Virus record (IMG/VR): IMGVR_UViG_3300036045_000007
DNA: 64,000 bases
Reading direction: 5' to 3' (one strand)
Origin: a virus
A program made the position numbers and the translations under genes. The notes below the pieces were generated by a model. It had not been told where the DNA came from, ran no database searches, and was given only the letters and a program-made list of their open reading frames with translations. Positions 45,328 through 53,409 of this stretch are shown here, in pieces; positions within the stretch are counted from its first letter, which is position 1; every line of letters begins with the position of its first letter.

Positions 45328-45518
45328 CACGTGCTCTCCAACCAAACGGTCACGTGCGGATCATCGCCACAGTCCCAATCAACACGGCGAACCAGGTAGG
45401 TGTGCTTCTCGATTGTGACCCGCTCGTTTTGAACCGGGATGCGCGGGAAGTAATCGACGCCGAATTCTAATGCCTGGTCGATGGCATGGCCCATGATCTT
45501 TACAACGACACGTCTCAT
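45327..45518 (-). CDS. hypothetical protein (63 aa)
   Basis: ATG 45518 overlaps the upstream stop. Track ORF trimmed. Confidence 0.45.
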   Translation of the reverse strand: MRRVVVKIMGHAIDQALEFGVDYFPRIPVQNERVTIEKHTYLVRRVDWDCGDDPHVTVWLEST

Positions 45519-45940
45519 TTCGGTTGTCTCCTTCTCTTCCGCTTCGCCTCGCGGCAAAGTTCGATGTACCGCTTCACCCAGGGCCCGTAGTGCCGGTGCT
45601 TCTGGTTCATCCGCCAAACGTCCTTCATGCGGTACTCGGTGAAGTCCTCGATGCGGAGCTGATCGTAGAACTCGTCGATGTCGCGACGAACGCCGATCTT
45701 CACCCCGCAGTGAATGCCCTTGTGAAACACCTGGTCGTTCAGCTCGATCCAACCGTGGGCGAACGGTTCACCTGGAGCCTCCTCGCCGTACTTCGGCTGC
45801 TCGTCGGGCACATGGGCAATGCCGTGAACGAGTAGCAATCGCGGCTCGTGCATCATGGCCGGTTCGAGATCGACGAAGTATTCGATCAGCTCGAAGGCGT
45901 CGTCGAAACAGGTTCCAGTCGGGTAGACGGTGCTACTCAC
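45515..45940 (-). CDS. hypothetical protein (141 aa; GTG start)
   Basis: SD AGGAGG lies 5 nt before GTG 45940. Contains GTCFDDAF and HGWIE (possible Cys/His dyad, unverified). Confidence 0.5.
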   Translation of the reverse strand: MSSTVYPTGTCFDDAFELIEYFVDLEPAMMHEPRLLLVHGIAHVPDEQPKYGEEAPGEPFAHGWIELNDQVFHKGIHCGVKIGVRRDIDEFYDQLRIEDFTEYRMKDVWRMNQKHRHYGPWVKRYIELCREAKRKRRRQPK

Positions 45941-46091
45941 CGAAACCTCCTGGTTCGCTTGCCCTTCTCGTTGAACTCCATCGTCCGCGGTTTCTTCTTC
46001 ATAGCATCCCTGGATACCACGCACCTGCGCCGAGGTTGACCATGTAGTAAACCAGCTCCATGTGCTTCGTGATCGCTCGTCGGCTTTGCCT

Positions 46092-46325
46092 TCACTGCTT
46101 TTTCCATCCCGGCGCTCCTTGCGCTTGTAACAAGTTCTGTGCTCTCAAGGCGACGATGCCTCCCTCTCTCGCGATCTCGTCCATCAACAGCCACACATCG
46201 GTCAGCGCGTCAGAGACTCGCGTGATCTCATCATTCAACAGCTCGATGTCAGCGTGTGCCGACGCCGACCGCCAGCGTTGGCGAATGGTCTGGATGTCCC
46301 CCTCCGTCAACACCTTTTTGCTCAT
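46092..46325 (-). CDS. hypothetical protein (77 aa)
   Basis: ATGA overlap with the upstream gene. Helical composition. Confidence 0.5.
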   Translation of the reverse strand: MSKKVLTEGDIQTIRQRWRSASAHADIELLNDEITRVSDALTDVWLLMDEIAREGGIVALRAQNLLQAQGAPGWKKQ

Positions 46326-46636
46326 GGTACTTTGCCCTTCGATACTCTCGCGCGTACTTCTTTGCCGCCGTCATCGGACTTCCGAACAGCTTTTGTAGCT
46401 CGACCATTTCCTTGTGGTCCGCTCGGCTGCACCGGGTGTTCATCTTCAGGCTCCGCTCGTTGAGGAATACCGTTCTTCTCCATGAATTCCATGAGATCAC
46501 TGCGATAGACGCGGCGATGACTCGACCCTGGGATCAGCCAGCCGATCAACATGCCGTTGTTGATCCACCGGATCACGGTTTGCTGGCCCACGCCGAGGAA
46601 GCGAGCAACGTCGCCGGTCGTCATCACGTCCTTCAT
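46322..46636 (-). CDS. excisionase-family HTH DNA-binding protein (104 aa)
   Basis: MTTGDVARFLGVGQQTVIRWINNGML...RRVYRSDLMEFM is the classic excisionase/MerR-type HTH pattern. Confidence 0.6.
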   Translation of the reverse strand: MKDVMTTGDVARFLGVGQQTVIRWINNGMLIGWLIPGSSHRRVYRSDLMEFMEKNGIPQRAEPEDEHPVQPSGPQGNGRATKAVRKSDDGGKEVRARVSKGKVP

Positions 46637-47172
46637 ACGACCTTCCCATGCCGGTACGGGCGAGTGAGGTTGTATTCGAGTTTGCGTTTGATCCAGAACG
46701 CGAGATCATGCTTTGTCCGCGCCGCTTCCTCACACGTGCGGATCACGATGTCGGCAAGCTCGGCGGGATAGCCTTCAGGTTTTTCGTCGCCTTGGCGATA
46801 CCAGCCGTTGATGCCGTGCTCGCCGCGCACCGCTTCGAGCGCTTCCGACACTTCCGAATGAATCAAGGCCAGCCGTTCGATGTGAGAAGAGTCCCGCACG
46901 ATGCCTTCGCGGTCCACCGGCTCGTGGAAGCCTCGATCTTTGGCGCCGTTGAACGAGCGCTCGCACAGCTCCTTAATCGACATGCCGCGCTGGACATGCC
47001 GCGCGATCTCGTTCAGGGCCCACGACACCGCTGGCACCAGGTTCACGAGATCGTACTGACCTATGCCCGAGACGATCTGGCGCAACAGCCTCACGTGCTC
47101 GTTGGCAGGTAGTAGGTCTTCGACTTGGGCCTTGAAGTCCGCGCGAGCGGTCGCGGGTGAGTTGACATCCAT
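46633..47172 (-). CDS. MazG-like nucleoside triphosphate pyrophosphohydrolase
   Basis: All-alpha NTP-PPase pattern LALIHSEVSEALEAVR ... ELADIVIRTCE ... YNLTRPYRHGK. SD AAAGGAA. Confidence 0.6.
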   Translation of the reverse strand: MDVNSPATARADFKAQVEDLLPANEHVRLLRQIVSGIGQYDLVNLVPAVSWALNEIARHVQRGMSIKELCERSFNGAKDRGFHEPVDREGIVRDSSHIERLALIHSEVSEALEAVRGEHGINGWYRQGDEKPEGYPAELADIVIRTCEEAARTKHDLAFWIKRKLEYNLTRPYRHGKVV

Positions 47173-47193
47173 AGATGACGTTTCCTTTCAGTT

Positions 47194-47652
47194 TTAAGTG
47201 CCGCATTTGCTGCACGAGTAACCGGCGCGAGTAATCGACCGGCAATTTTGGCAAGTCCTGTACTGGTTCCCCATCGCGTTCAGCGTGTTTAGAGTGATCT
47301 CCTCCCCGATCTTGTCCATGTACGACTTGGCCGCGATCTCCGCGATCCGGGCAAGGCTGATCCTGATTTTCTCATTGGCCTCCGTTGGCTTCATCCAAGC
47401 GTTGACCCACTCTTTGACGAGACCGGACATCTGTGCGTCCAGCTCGACGCGGATCATCTTCGAGAGGCCGCTGGCTACGGTTTCTCCGTTGCGATCCCGC
47501 GTGTCATTCGTGAACTTCTTCCACTCGGCGTCGATGAGAGCGGCCCACGCTTCGTCAGGGATAAGTTGGCCAAGGACCGCTTTCATCTGCTCGGTGACTT
47601 TGGCCTTGAAGCCTTCGATGGTCGGTAGTGCGATTTCGTTGCTCATGGCCAA
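47194..47652 (-). CDS. hypothetical protein (152 aa) with C-terminal zinc ribbon
   Basis: Ends CQNCRSITRAGYSCSKCGT. Confidence 0.5.
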   Translation of the reverse strand: MAMSNEIALPTIEGFKAKVTEQMKAVLGQLIPDEAWAALIDAEWKKFTNDTRDRNGETVASGLSKMIRVELDAQMSGLVKEWVNAWMKPTEANEKIRISLARIAEIAAKSYMDKIGEEITLNTLNAMGNQYRTCQNCRSITRAGYSCSKCGT

Positions 47653-47912
47653 TCCCTGTAAACGACGACACCTTCACCCTCGTACAACACTTCGACGGCG
47701 TTCACCGCAGGATCGAGCTTCAGGAAGGTCTTGGCGATCGCGCGGGTTTGGGTCTTCACGTCGCCCGCAAGTGGCGTCGTCTGCAACGCATCAGTGGCGA
47801 TGTTGATGATGTCGTCGAAGAACTTCTCGGATTGTGCGTCGTCCTGAATCCAGAAGCGGCAAAAGAACGGGTGCAAATTAACCCGTCGCAGCCGTTCGGT
47901 AAGCGTGGTCAT
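47643..47912 (-). CDS. hypothetical protein (89 aa)
   Basis: ATG 47912 overlaps the upstream stop (ATGA). Track ORF trimmed. Confidence 0.45.
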   Translation of the reverse strand: MTTLTERLRRVNLHPFFCRFWIQDDAQSEKFFDDIINIATDALQTTPLAGDVKTQTRAIAKTFLKLDPAVNAVEVLYEGEGVVVYRDWP

Positions 47913-49081
47913 TTTTCGACTCCTTTCCCGCTGAGCAGGATTTTCACGTTGTCTCCGGTCCCGATACACACATCGGGCAAGCCATCTCCGTTCATGTCCG
48001 CCACGGCGCATGGATCGCCTCCATCCCAACTGCCGATTTTGGCGATCTCGTTGAAATTCCCGCCGCCGAGGTTCGCGAAGATGCGCGTGTCCTGAGCGCG
48101 CGGGTTGCAAATCACCAGATCGGGCAGGCGGTCGTGGTTGAAATCGGTCGCGTGGACGACGTGCAGGTACACGCCGGGCGTTTTCACGAAGTCAGTGATC
48201 GGCCCCGGCTTCAAAGCATAGCTTTTTGGCCCGGTGCTCAGGTAGAGACCGTGGCCGACGATGATGAAGTCGCTTTGCCGGTCGCCGTTCAGGTCTTGCA
48301 CGTGGCACACCGCGCCGTCCTTCGGGAGTCCGAGAGCTTCGGTTGCATCGGTGTCGTTGATGATGAAGCGCGCGCCGCGCACCTTGTCATAGCTCGCAAA
48401 CCACGTGACGACGTGTCCAGGCTGGCGACCGATCATGGTTCGCTGCACCGGCCAGGACCGGAAGAATTGCTTGCTCTTCAGATACTCCGCTTGGAGCAGC
48501 GTCTTCACCCACGGAATGTCCATCGCCGGTGGATCGTAGACCGCCTTCTCAAGCTTCTTCGTGAATGGGTTGTAGTAGTACCTGATCTGCGTATCCGGGG
48601 TGCCGGTCATCGGCGTCTGTATGAAGTCCGGGCGAACGAAGGCGATGGCCATGCTCGTGTTGGTGCCAATCGCGTAGCCCATCGGCTCGAACTTGCCGCC
48701 ACGATTGAACCAGCAGGTGTTAGGCTTCGAGTCCGCGTAGGCCAAATCTGGCCAGCCGTCGCCATCGAAGTCCCACACGCGCGGCTTGTGAGTGCCGCCG
48801 AGTGCGCTGCCGACATCGGCCACGGTGAACTTGCCGCCATCGTTGCGGAATATCTTCGATCCGCCATTGTGCTGCACGACGAGGATGTCATTGTCGCCGT
48901 CGCGGTCGTAATCGAAGGCGACGACACCCCAAGGCCACCAGCCGTCGCCGTATTCCTCTTTCCACTTCTGCATGATCTGAGGAATCCCGGTGTCCTGCAT
49001 CTCGGTGAGGACAACCGGCGAGCCTGGTTGCTGAAAAATGTAGATCGAGGCGCCGAGAACGAGGCTGAGAATTTTCGTCAT
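47909..49081 (-). CDS. FG-GAP/VCBS-repeat (integrin-alpha-like beta-propeller) protein with N-terminal signal/anchor
   Basis: Repeated Ca-binding-type loops: DYDRDGDNDILV, DFDGDGWPDLAY, DLNGDRQSDFII, DFNHDRLPDLVI, DMNGDGLPDVCI. N-terminus MTKILSLVLGASIYIF. Confidence 0.7.
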   Translation of the reverse strand: MTKILSLVLGASIYIFQQPGSPVVLTEMQDTGIPQIMQKWKEEYGDGWWPWGVVAFDYDRDGDNDILVVQHNGGSKIFRNDGGKFTVADVGSALGGTHKPRVWDFDGDGWPDLAYADSKPNTCWFNRGGKFEPMGYAIGTNTSMAIAFVRPDFIQTPMTGTPDTQIRYYYNPFTKKLEKAVYDPPAMDIPWVKTLLQAEYLKSKQFFRSWPVQRTMIGRQPGHVVTWFASYDKVRGARFIINDTDATEALGLPKDGAVCHVQDLNGDRQSDFIIVGHGLYLSTGPKSYALKPGPITDFVKTPGVYLHVVHATDFNHDRLPDLVICNPRAQDTRIFANLGGGNFNEIAKIGSWDGGDPCAVADMNGDGLPDVCIGTGDNVKILLSGKGVEK

Positions 49082-49090
49082 TGGGAACTC

Positions 49091-49534
49091 CTAGAAGGCT
49101 GCGGGAAATGGTGGATGTCCAGGCGAGCTACCGGCCATCACGCCCTTCAGGTGCATGGCCAGGGCGTCGTCCGTCGCGAATTTCTTGCCGCAGGTGCATT
49201 GGATCATCTCGCCGTCAGGCGTGTTCGGTGTGTCGAGGCGAGTCCACGGCTCAGGGTCGATTTGGCCGAGGCTCTTGAGTAGTGTCGCCGCTGGCTTCAG
49301 GAACAACACCATAAGCGCGTGAGCCATCTCTGCGGGGTGCTTGAACGAGGCGAGTTGGTTGCAAGAAACGCTGTCGGAAGACACGATTACCTCGGCGCCC
49401 ATCCGCACGCGCATCTCGATTGAGAACCGCTTCATCAATTCGTCGGTCTCGAATGAGACTTTGCCACGGTGGACCGCCAGCATGTAGATCACGCCGCGCA
49501 GGGCCTCGTAGTTCTGTTGGTCTTCTGCGGTCAT
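49091..49534 (-). CDS. hypothetical protein (147 aa) with C-terminal C2H2-like motif
   Basis: SD GAGGAG precedes ATG 49534. Motif IQCTCGKKFATDDALAMHLKG. Confidence 0.5.
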   Translation of the reverse strand: MTAEDQQNYEALRGVIYMLAVHRGKVSFETDELMKRFSIEMRVRMGAEVIVSSDSVSCNQLASFKHPAEMAHALMVLFLKPAATLLKSLGQIDPEPWTRLDTPNTPDGEMIQCTCGKKFATDDALAMHLKGVMAGSSPGHPPFPAAF

Positions 49535-49752
49535 GTAATTCTCCTCATTTGTGTGCGGCTGCACGTGCCTCCTGCGGGGCAGTACGATTCGCCGCACTTG
49601 TCGCATTCCAGGTGGATGTGATTGTCGCCTTTGATCTCCCACACCTTAAAGGCGTTCGAGCCGCACTCGCACAGGGCCATTTTCCCCTCTTCGTCGGGGA
49701 TGCCGACGATGTGCGACCCAATGGCAACTGGCACAAGCCGTATTGACTTCAT
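49531..49752 (-). CDS. small zinc-ribbon protein (73 aa)
   Basis: SD AGAGGA. Motif CECG...HLECDKCG...C. Confidence 0.45.
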   Translation of the reverse strand: MKSIRLVPVAIGSHIVGIPDEEGKMALCECGSNAFKVWEIKGDNHIHLECDKCGESYCPAGGTCSRTQMRRIT

Positions 49753-49754
49753 CG

Positions 49755-50120
49755 CTAGTCCTCTGGATGCCACTGTTCCTTGTGCATCTTCAAGCCCACG
49801 CTGGTTGTGAACACACGGTCGCACTCGTCGCACTGGAACTTGACAGGCAGCTCCGGTTCCGCTGGCTCAAGCTCTTCCGGTTTCGGTGGTTCCTTCATGA
49901 GCACGCCAAGCCGTTCGAGATAGTGTTCGGTCATTCCCCATCGAGTGTGCGTCCTGCTCGACCCTTTGCGGTGCAGCATCGAGCAAACGCTGACGAACAT
50001 GCCGAGCGTGTTCACGTGCGGCGGCACACATTTCAAGGCTTCCAAGATGGCGACTTCCTGATTGGGAGCGTCAACCACAACGTCAAGCGTTTGCCCTGAA
50101 CGAACTCGCCAGCGACTCAT
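49755..50120 (-). CDS. protein with classical C2H2 zinc finger at the C-terminus (121 aa; start uncertain)
   Basis: FQCDECDRVFTTSVGLKMHKEQWH fits psi-x-C-x2-C-x3-F-x5-L-x2-H-x4-H exactly. ATG 50120 overlaps the upstream gene by 38 nt. Confidence 0.5.
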   Translation of the reverse strand: MSRWRVRSGQTLDVVVDAPNQEVAILEALKCVPPHVNTLGMFVSVCSMLHRKGSSRTHTRWGMTEHYLERLGVLMKEPPKPEELEPAEPELPVKFQCDECDRVFTTSVGLKMHKEQWHPED

Positions 50121-50694
50121 CGACTTGCTTCCACCAGACATCGCTGTTCTCGATGACGAAGGCGCCGGGAACGAGTTCATCAACCGCCTTGGCGACTCCT
50201 GGGAAGCCCGGCGTGTTGTAGTCGTGCCCAGCGACGATGCCTTTGATGACAACGTGCTTCGTCCATCCGATGATGTCTTGTTTGACCGCCACGTACTCGT
50301 GGTTTGCGTCGATGTAGACCATGTGCGTGGGCAGCGACCAGCGAGCGCTCCAGAATTGCGACGCGCCCATGACCGGCACTATCGTTTTCCACAAATGCTC
50401 TTTGCAGTTCGTGAGGAACTGGTCGAAGACCGTGTGCGGCTTTATCTCAGTGGCGATCTTTCCGGTCGTGTCGTCCGGCGTGCCGCGCCAATGATCGACG
50501 CAGAAGATGACGTGTTTGCGGTCTTTCAGCGCGTGCGTCATTGTGAGCGCGGACCGACCTGTCCACGATCCTACTTCGACGATCACAAGCCGTTCTTCGT
50601 TCGGCAACACGTCCGCGAGTTGTCGCGCGACAGCGGAGATCGCATTCAGATCGCGCGGTTTGGTTTCGCACCCGAAGTCGGGAAAGTGTCTCAT
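50083..50694 (-). CDS. class I SAM-dependent methyltransferase (Methyltransf_24-like)
   Basis: Motif I LVIVEVGSWTGRSA, then VFCVDHW, then MVYIDANHEY. Substrate unknown. The track's TTG start at 50709 was replaced by ATG 50694. Confidence 0.6.
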   Translation of the reverse strand: MRHFPDFGCETKPRDLNAISAVARQLADVLPNEERLVIVEVGSWTGRSALTMTHALKDRKHVIFCVDHWRGTPDDTTGKIATEIKPHTVFDQFLTNCKEHLWKTIVPVMGASQFWSARWSLPTHMVYIDANHEYVAVKQDIIGWTKHVVIKGIVAGHDYNTPGFPGVAKAVDELVPGAFVIENSDVWWKQVDESLASSFRANA

Positions 50695-50762
50695 TGAATT
50701 TTCACCCAAGGGTTAGAGGAAAGTCGCGGTCGCAAGGGAATGACGACCGCGACTCAACGGAA

Positions 50763-51065
50763 CTACGGATCGGGAACTTCCTCGACGTTCGTGACCGACA
50801 GCTCGCCGGGCTTGCCGGGAGGAATGTTGTCGGTCGCGGTGAACGAAAGAGGGTCGGATGGCTCCGAGCGGTTGCCAGCCTTGTCGATGTCCACGAGCAC
50901 CAGGCTGCATTGCACGCCTGGTTGCACGATGAACTTGAACTCCGTTGCGTCCGCAGCGAGGTTCGTCACTTCCGGTGTGCCGCCGTCCTTTGTCAGCGAC
51001 ATCTCGCGGACGTTCACGTCCTGTGCCTTGGGGCCGGGGAGCCCAATGGTGTACTGCAACGCCAT
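50763..51065 (-). CDS. Ig/FN3-like beta-sandwich protein (100 aa)
   Basis: SD GGAGGAG precedes ATG 51065. Motif DIDKAGNRSEPSDPLSFTATD is typical of Big/FN3-like domains. Confidence 0.45.
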   Translation of the reverse strand: MALQYTIGLPGPKAQDVNVREMSLTKDGGTPEVTNLAADATEFKFIVQPGVQCSLVLVDIDKAGNRSEPSDPLSFTATDNIPPGKPGELSVTNVEEVPDP

Positions 51066-51181
51066 AACCGTTTCTCCTCCTGAAATAATGAACGGGCGAT
51101 CCGGTTGCGGTGGCTTACTCATCCACTCGCAGACAGTCTCAAGCAACCTACATACGAGGTTGGCCAAACGGCTACCTGAAT

Positions 51182-51346
51182 TCACGATTGCTCCTTGCTC
51201 TTCGGTTCGACTTTGACCACGACGTTCACCTTCACGATCTCCACGACTTCGACGTTCACGTTCACGTCAATTTGGCGACCAGCTATGAGGGCCATTGCCA
51301 CTTGGCCGACCGCTTGGGTGATCTCGTCGAACTTGTTGGTGTCCAT
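51182..51346 (-). CDS. hypothetical protein (54 aa; start uncertain)
   Basis: ATG 51346 chosen over the TTG at 51421, which would overlap the upstream gene by 35 nt. Val/Asn-rich segment DVNVNVEVVEIVKVNVVVKVE. Confidence 0.35.
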   Translation of the reverse strand: MDTNKFDEITQAVGQVAMALIAGRQIDVNVNVEVVEIVKVNVVVKVEPKSKEQS

Positions 51347-51386
51347 CTCTCTCCAAGAAATCTGCGATCCGACGCAGCTCAGTAGC

Positions 51387-51611
51387 TCAGTAGAATCCGT
51401 CGAGTCGGGCAACGCCGTCAAGGATCACACAGTACGATCCATCCGCAAGCTCGTCGTGTCGCTCGCCAGCGTGCTCCGTCACATTGGTCCCCTGAGCAAT
51501 CTCCTGATCTTTGCGTTCGTACCGATTCTTCTGTCTCCGCAATTCTACTTTTTGTTGCCGCACTTTCGCTCGCAGTGATCGGTTGACTTCCAAGAGCTTG
51601 CGGCGATTCAT
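51387..51611 (-). CDS. hypothetical basic coiled-coil protein (74 aa)
   Basis: ATG 51611 overlaps the upstream stop (ATGA). Confidence 0.45.
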   Translation of the reverse strand: MNRRKLLEVNRSLRAKVRQQKVELRRQKNRYERKDQEIAQGTNVTEHAGERHDELADGSYCVILDGVARLDGFY

Positions 51612-51985
51612 TCCGGTTCTGACTCCTGAACCATCAGTTGCATGGCGGCGTCGAGGTCGATCTTCCACTGTGCGCCCGGTAGTGGCAAGGGCAACATCTC
51701 AGGGTAGTGCTCGAACCACTTCAGAGCCTTCTCCATAGTCTGCATCCGCTTCGTCGATTCGCGGTAAGCATCGCCGCTGCTCTTCTGCCATCGCTCGTGC
51801 AGGTCGGCTTTCTCCTTCAGATATTCCGCGTGCCGTTGCCCGACTGACTCTTGTAGCGCCTGGTATTCCTTCTGGAGTTGCTCGACTACTCGAACCGCCT
51901 GATCGCGCTCTGCTACCACGCGATCCAATTGAGTGCCGAGGTTATCAAGTTCTCTAGTCAGCATACCGTCTAGTGCTTCGCTCAT
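51608..51985 (-). CDS. hypothetical coiled-coil protein (125 aa), first gene of the 52-to-45 kb operon
   Basis: SD AAAGGAG precedes ATG 51985. Lies 25 nt downstream of the -10 of the promoter at 52010-52037. Confidence 0.5.
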   Translation of the reverse strand: MSEALDGMLTRELDNLGTQLDRVVAERDQAVRVVEQLQKEYQALQESVGQRHAEYLKEKADLHERWQKSSGDAYRESTKRMQTMEKALKWFEHYPEMLPLPLPGAQWKIDLDAAMQLMVQESEPE

Positions 51986-52009
51986 CGTCGCTCCTTTCCA
52001 AGATCGCTG

Positions 52010-52037
52010 ATCTTACTAAGTGTCGCCAAACTGTCAA
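52010..52037 (-). promoter_or_regulatory. sigma70-like promoter with GGCGACA spacer element
   Basis: Minus strand: TTGACA-GTTTGGCGACACTTAG-TAAGAT (16-nt spacer). Confidence 0.55.
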
Positions 52038-52134
52038 GCCATTGTAGCCAACTGACCATTTAATCGGCCACATTCTGAAATTCCGGGTTACGATCTTCCG
52101 GTGTTTAACCCTTGGGTAGTAAGGAGGGCGAACG

Positions 52135-53385
52135 ATGTTTCGTCGGCTTGAGTTTTTTCTTTCACCGGATGAAGGCGGGGGCGCTGGTGGGAACATCCCT
52201 GGAGGCAATGTTCCTGCTGGCTCGACTGGCAGTAACGTCGCTCCTGGTGGGACTCCTGCTCCTGGCGCTGATGGTTCGCAGGCCGGGTCAAGTCCGGGCA
52301 TATCTGGCGGCGGCACGCCAGCGGGCGGCGCTCCGACTCCAATCTCCGCAGCAAGCGCCCCGGAATTCGACGACATTCGGGATGTGGCTCGGCAGTATGG
52401 CCTCGATCTGTCGCAGTACCAAGACAGTCGAGCCGCCGCCCAATACCTGATCGAAACCGCGCGCGACAACAGCGCCTATCTCCAGTATGGCCGAGCGCTC
52501 GCGCCGCACTACTCGGACTTCCAGCGATTCCTCGAACAACGGCAAGCTGGTGCTCAGCCACAGATGCAGCAACAGCAGGTTCCGCAGAAGCCGGTAAATC
52601 CGTTCGGACTTCCCGACTTCGATCCCGCGTGGCTCGACATGGTTGTTCGAGATGCGCAGGGAAATTTGATCCCCAAGCCTGGGACACCGCTCGATGTTCC
52701 GGCGAAGATCATGTCCTACTACCGCGCGCGTCAGGCAGCGCAGGACAAACTCTTCACCAATCCCCAAGACGTGCTGGTGCCGATGTTGCAGCAGGCGATC
52801 GCGCCGATGTTGCAGCAATACTTCCAGACCAACATCGGTCAGATGGGGCAACAGCAATTCATCCAAGGATTCCTCGGCGAGCACGGCCAGTGGATTTATC
52901 AAGTCGATCCGCAGGGCCGCTCGATCATTGATCCCGTCAGCGGGCGAAAGCAATTCACGCAGGAAGGATACCGCCTGTTCCAACACATCGAGAACGCTCA
53001 CCGCATGGGCATTCAGAGCTACCAGGATCAGGCGCAGTACGCGATGAACATGCTGCGAATGGAATACCAGGCCCAAGGTGGCCAGCAGCAGACGCAGCAA
53101 CAGCAAGGCGGATCATTCGGCGACCAGATGCAACAGCAGTTGCCGCCGCCTCAGCAACAGGCGCCGAATCCGTTCGCCTCGGCGATGGCGCAGAACAATC
53201 AGCTCAAGCAAGGGTTTTTGCAGGCGCATAATCGGCGCCCGAGCTACGGCGGTTCGATGCAGCCGCCGAACAACACGAACAATCAGGTTCCTCAGAACTC
53301 GAACCTGAGTCTGCGGGAGATGCTCGCGCAGAATTTGAAGCAAGCCGGGATCACGGATGCCATGATCGCAGCGGGCCCCGGTTAA
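52135..53385 (+). CDS. scaffolding-like protein (416 aa, Gly/Pro N-terminus, Gln-rich)
   Basis: Strong SD AAGGAGGG. Low-complexity, helical, Q-rich protein immediately upstream of the capsid gene. Confidence 0.5.
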   Translation: MFRRLEFFLSPDEGGGAGGNIPGGNVPAGSTGSNVAPGGTPAPGADGSQAGSSPGISGGGTPAGGAPTPISAASAPEFDDIRDVARQYGLDLSQYQDSRAAAQYLIETARDNSAYLQYGRALAPHYSDFQRFLEQRQAGAQPQMQQQQVPQKPVNPFGLPDFDPAWLDMVVRDAQGNLIPKPGTPLDVPAKIMSYYRARQAAQDKLFTNPQDVLVPMLQQAIAPMLQQYFQTNIGQMGQQQFIQGFLGEHGQWIYQVDPQGRSIIDPVSGRKQFTQEGYRLFQHIENAHRMGIQSYQDQAQYAMNMLRMEYQAQGGQQQTQQQQGGSFGDQMQQQLPPPQQQAPNPFASAMAQNNQLKQGFLQAHNRRPSYGGSMQPPNNTNNQVPQNSNLSLREMLAQNLKQAGITDAMIAAGPG

Positions 53386-53409
53386 ACCTCGTTGGAAAGG
53401 AGTTGAACG

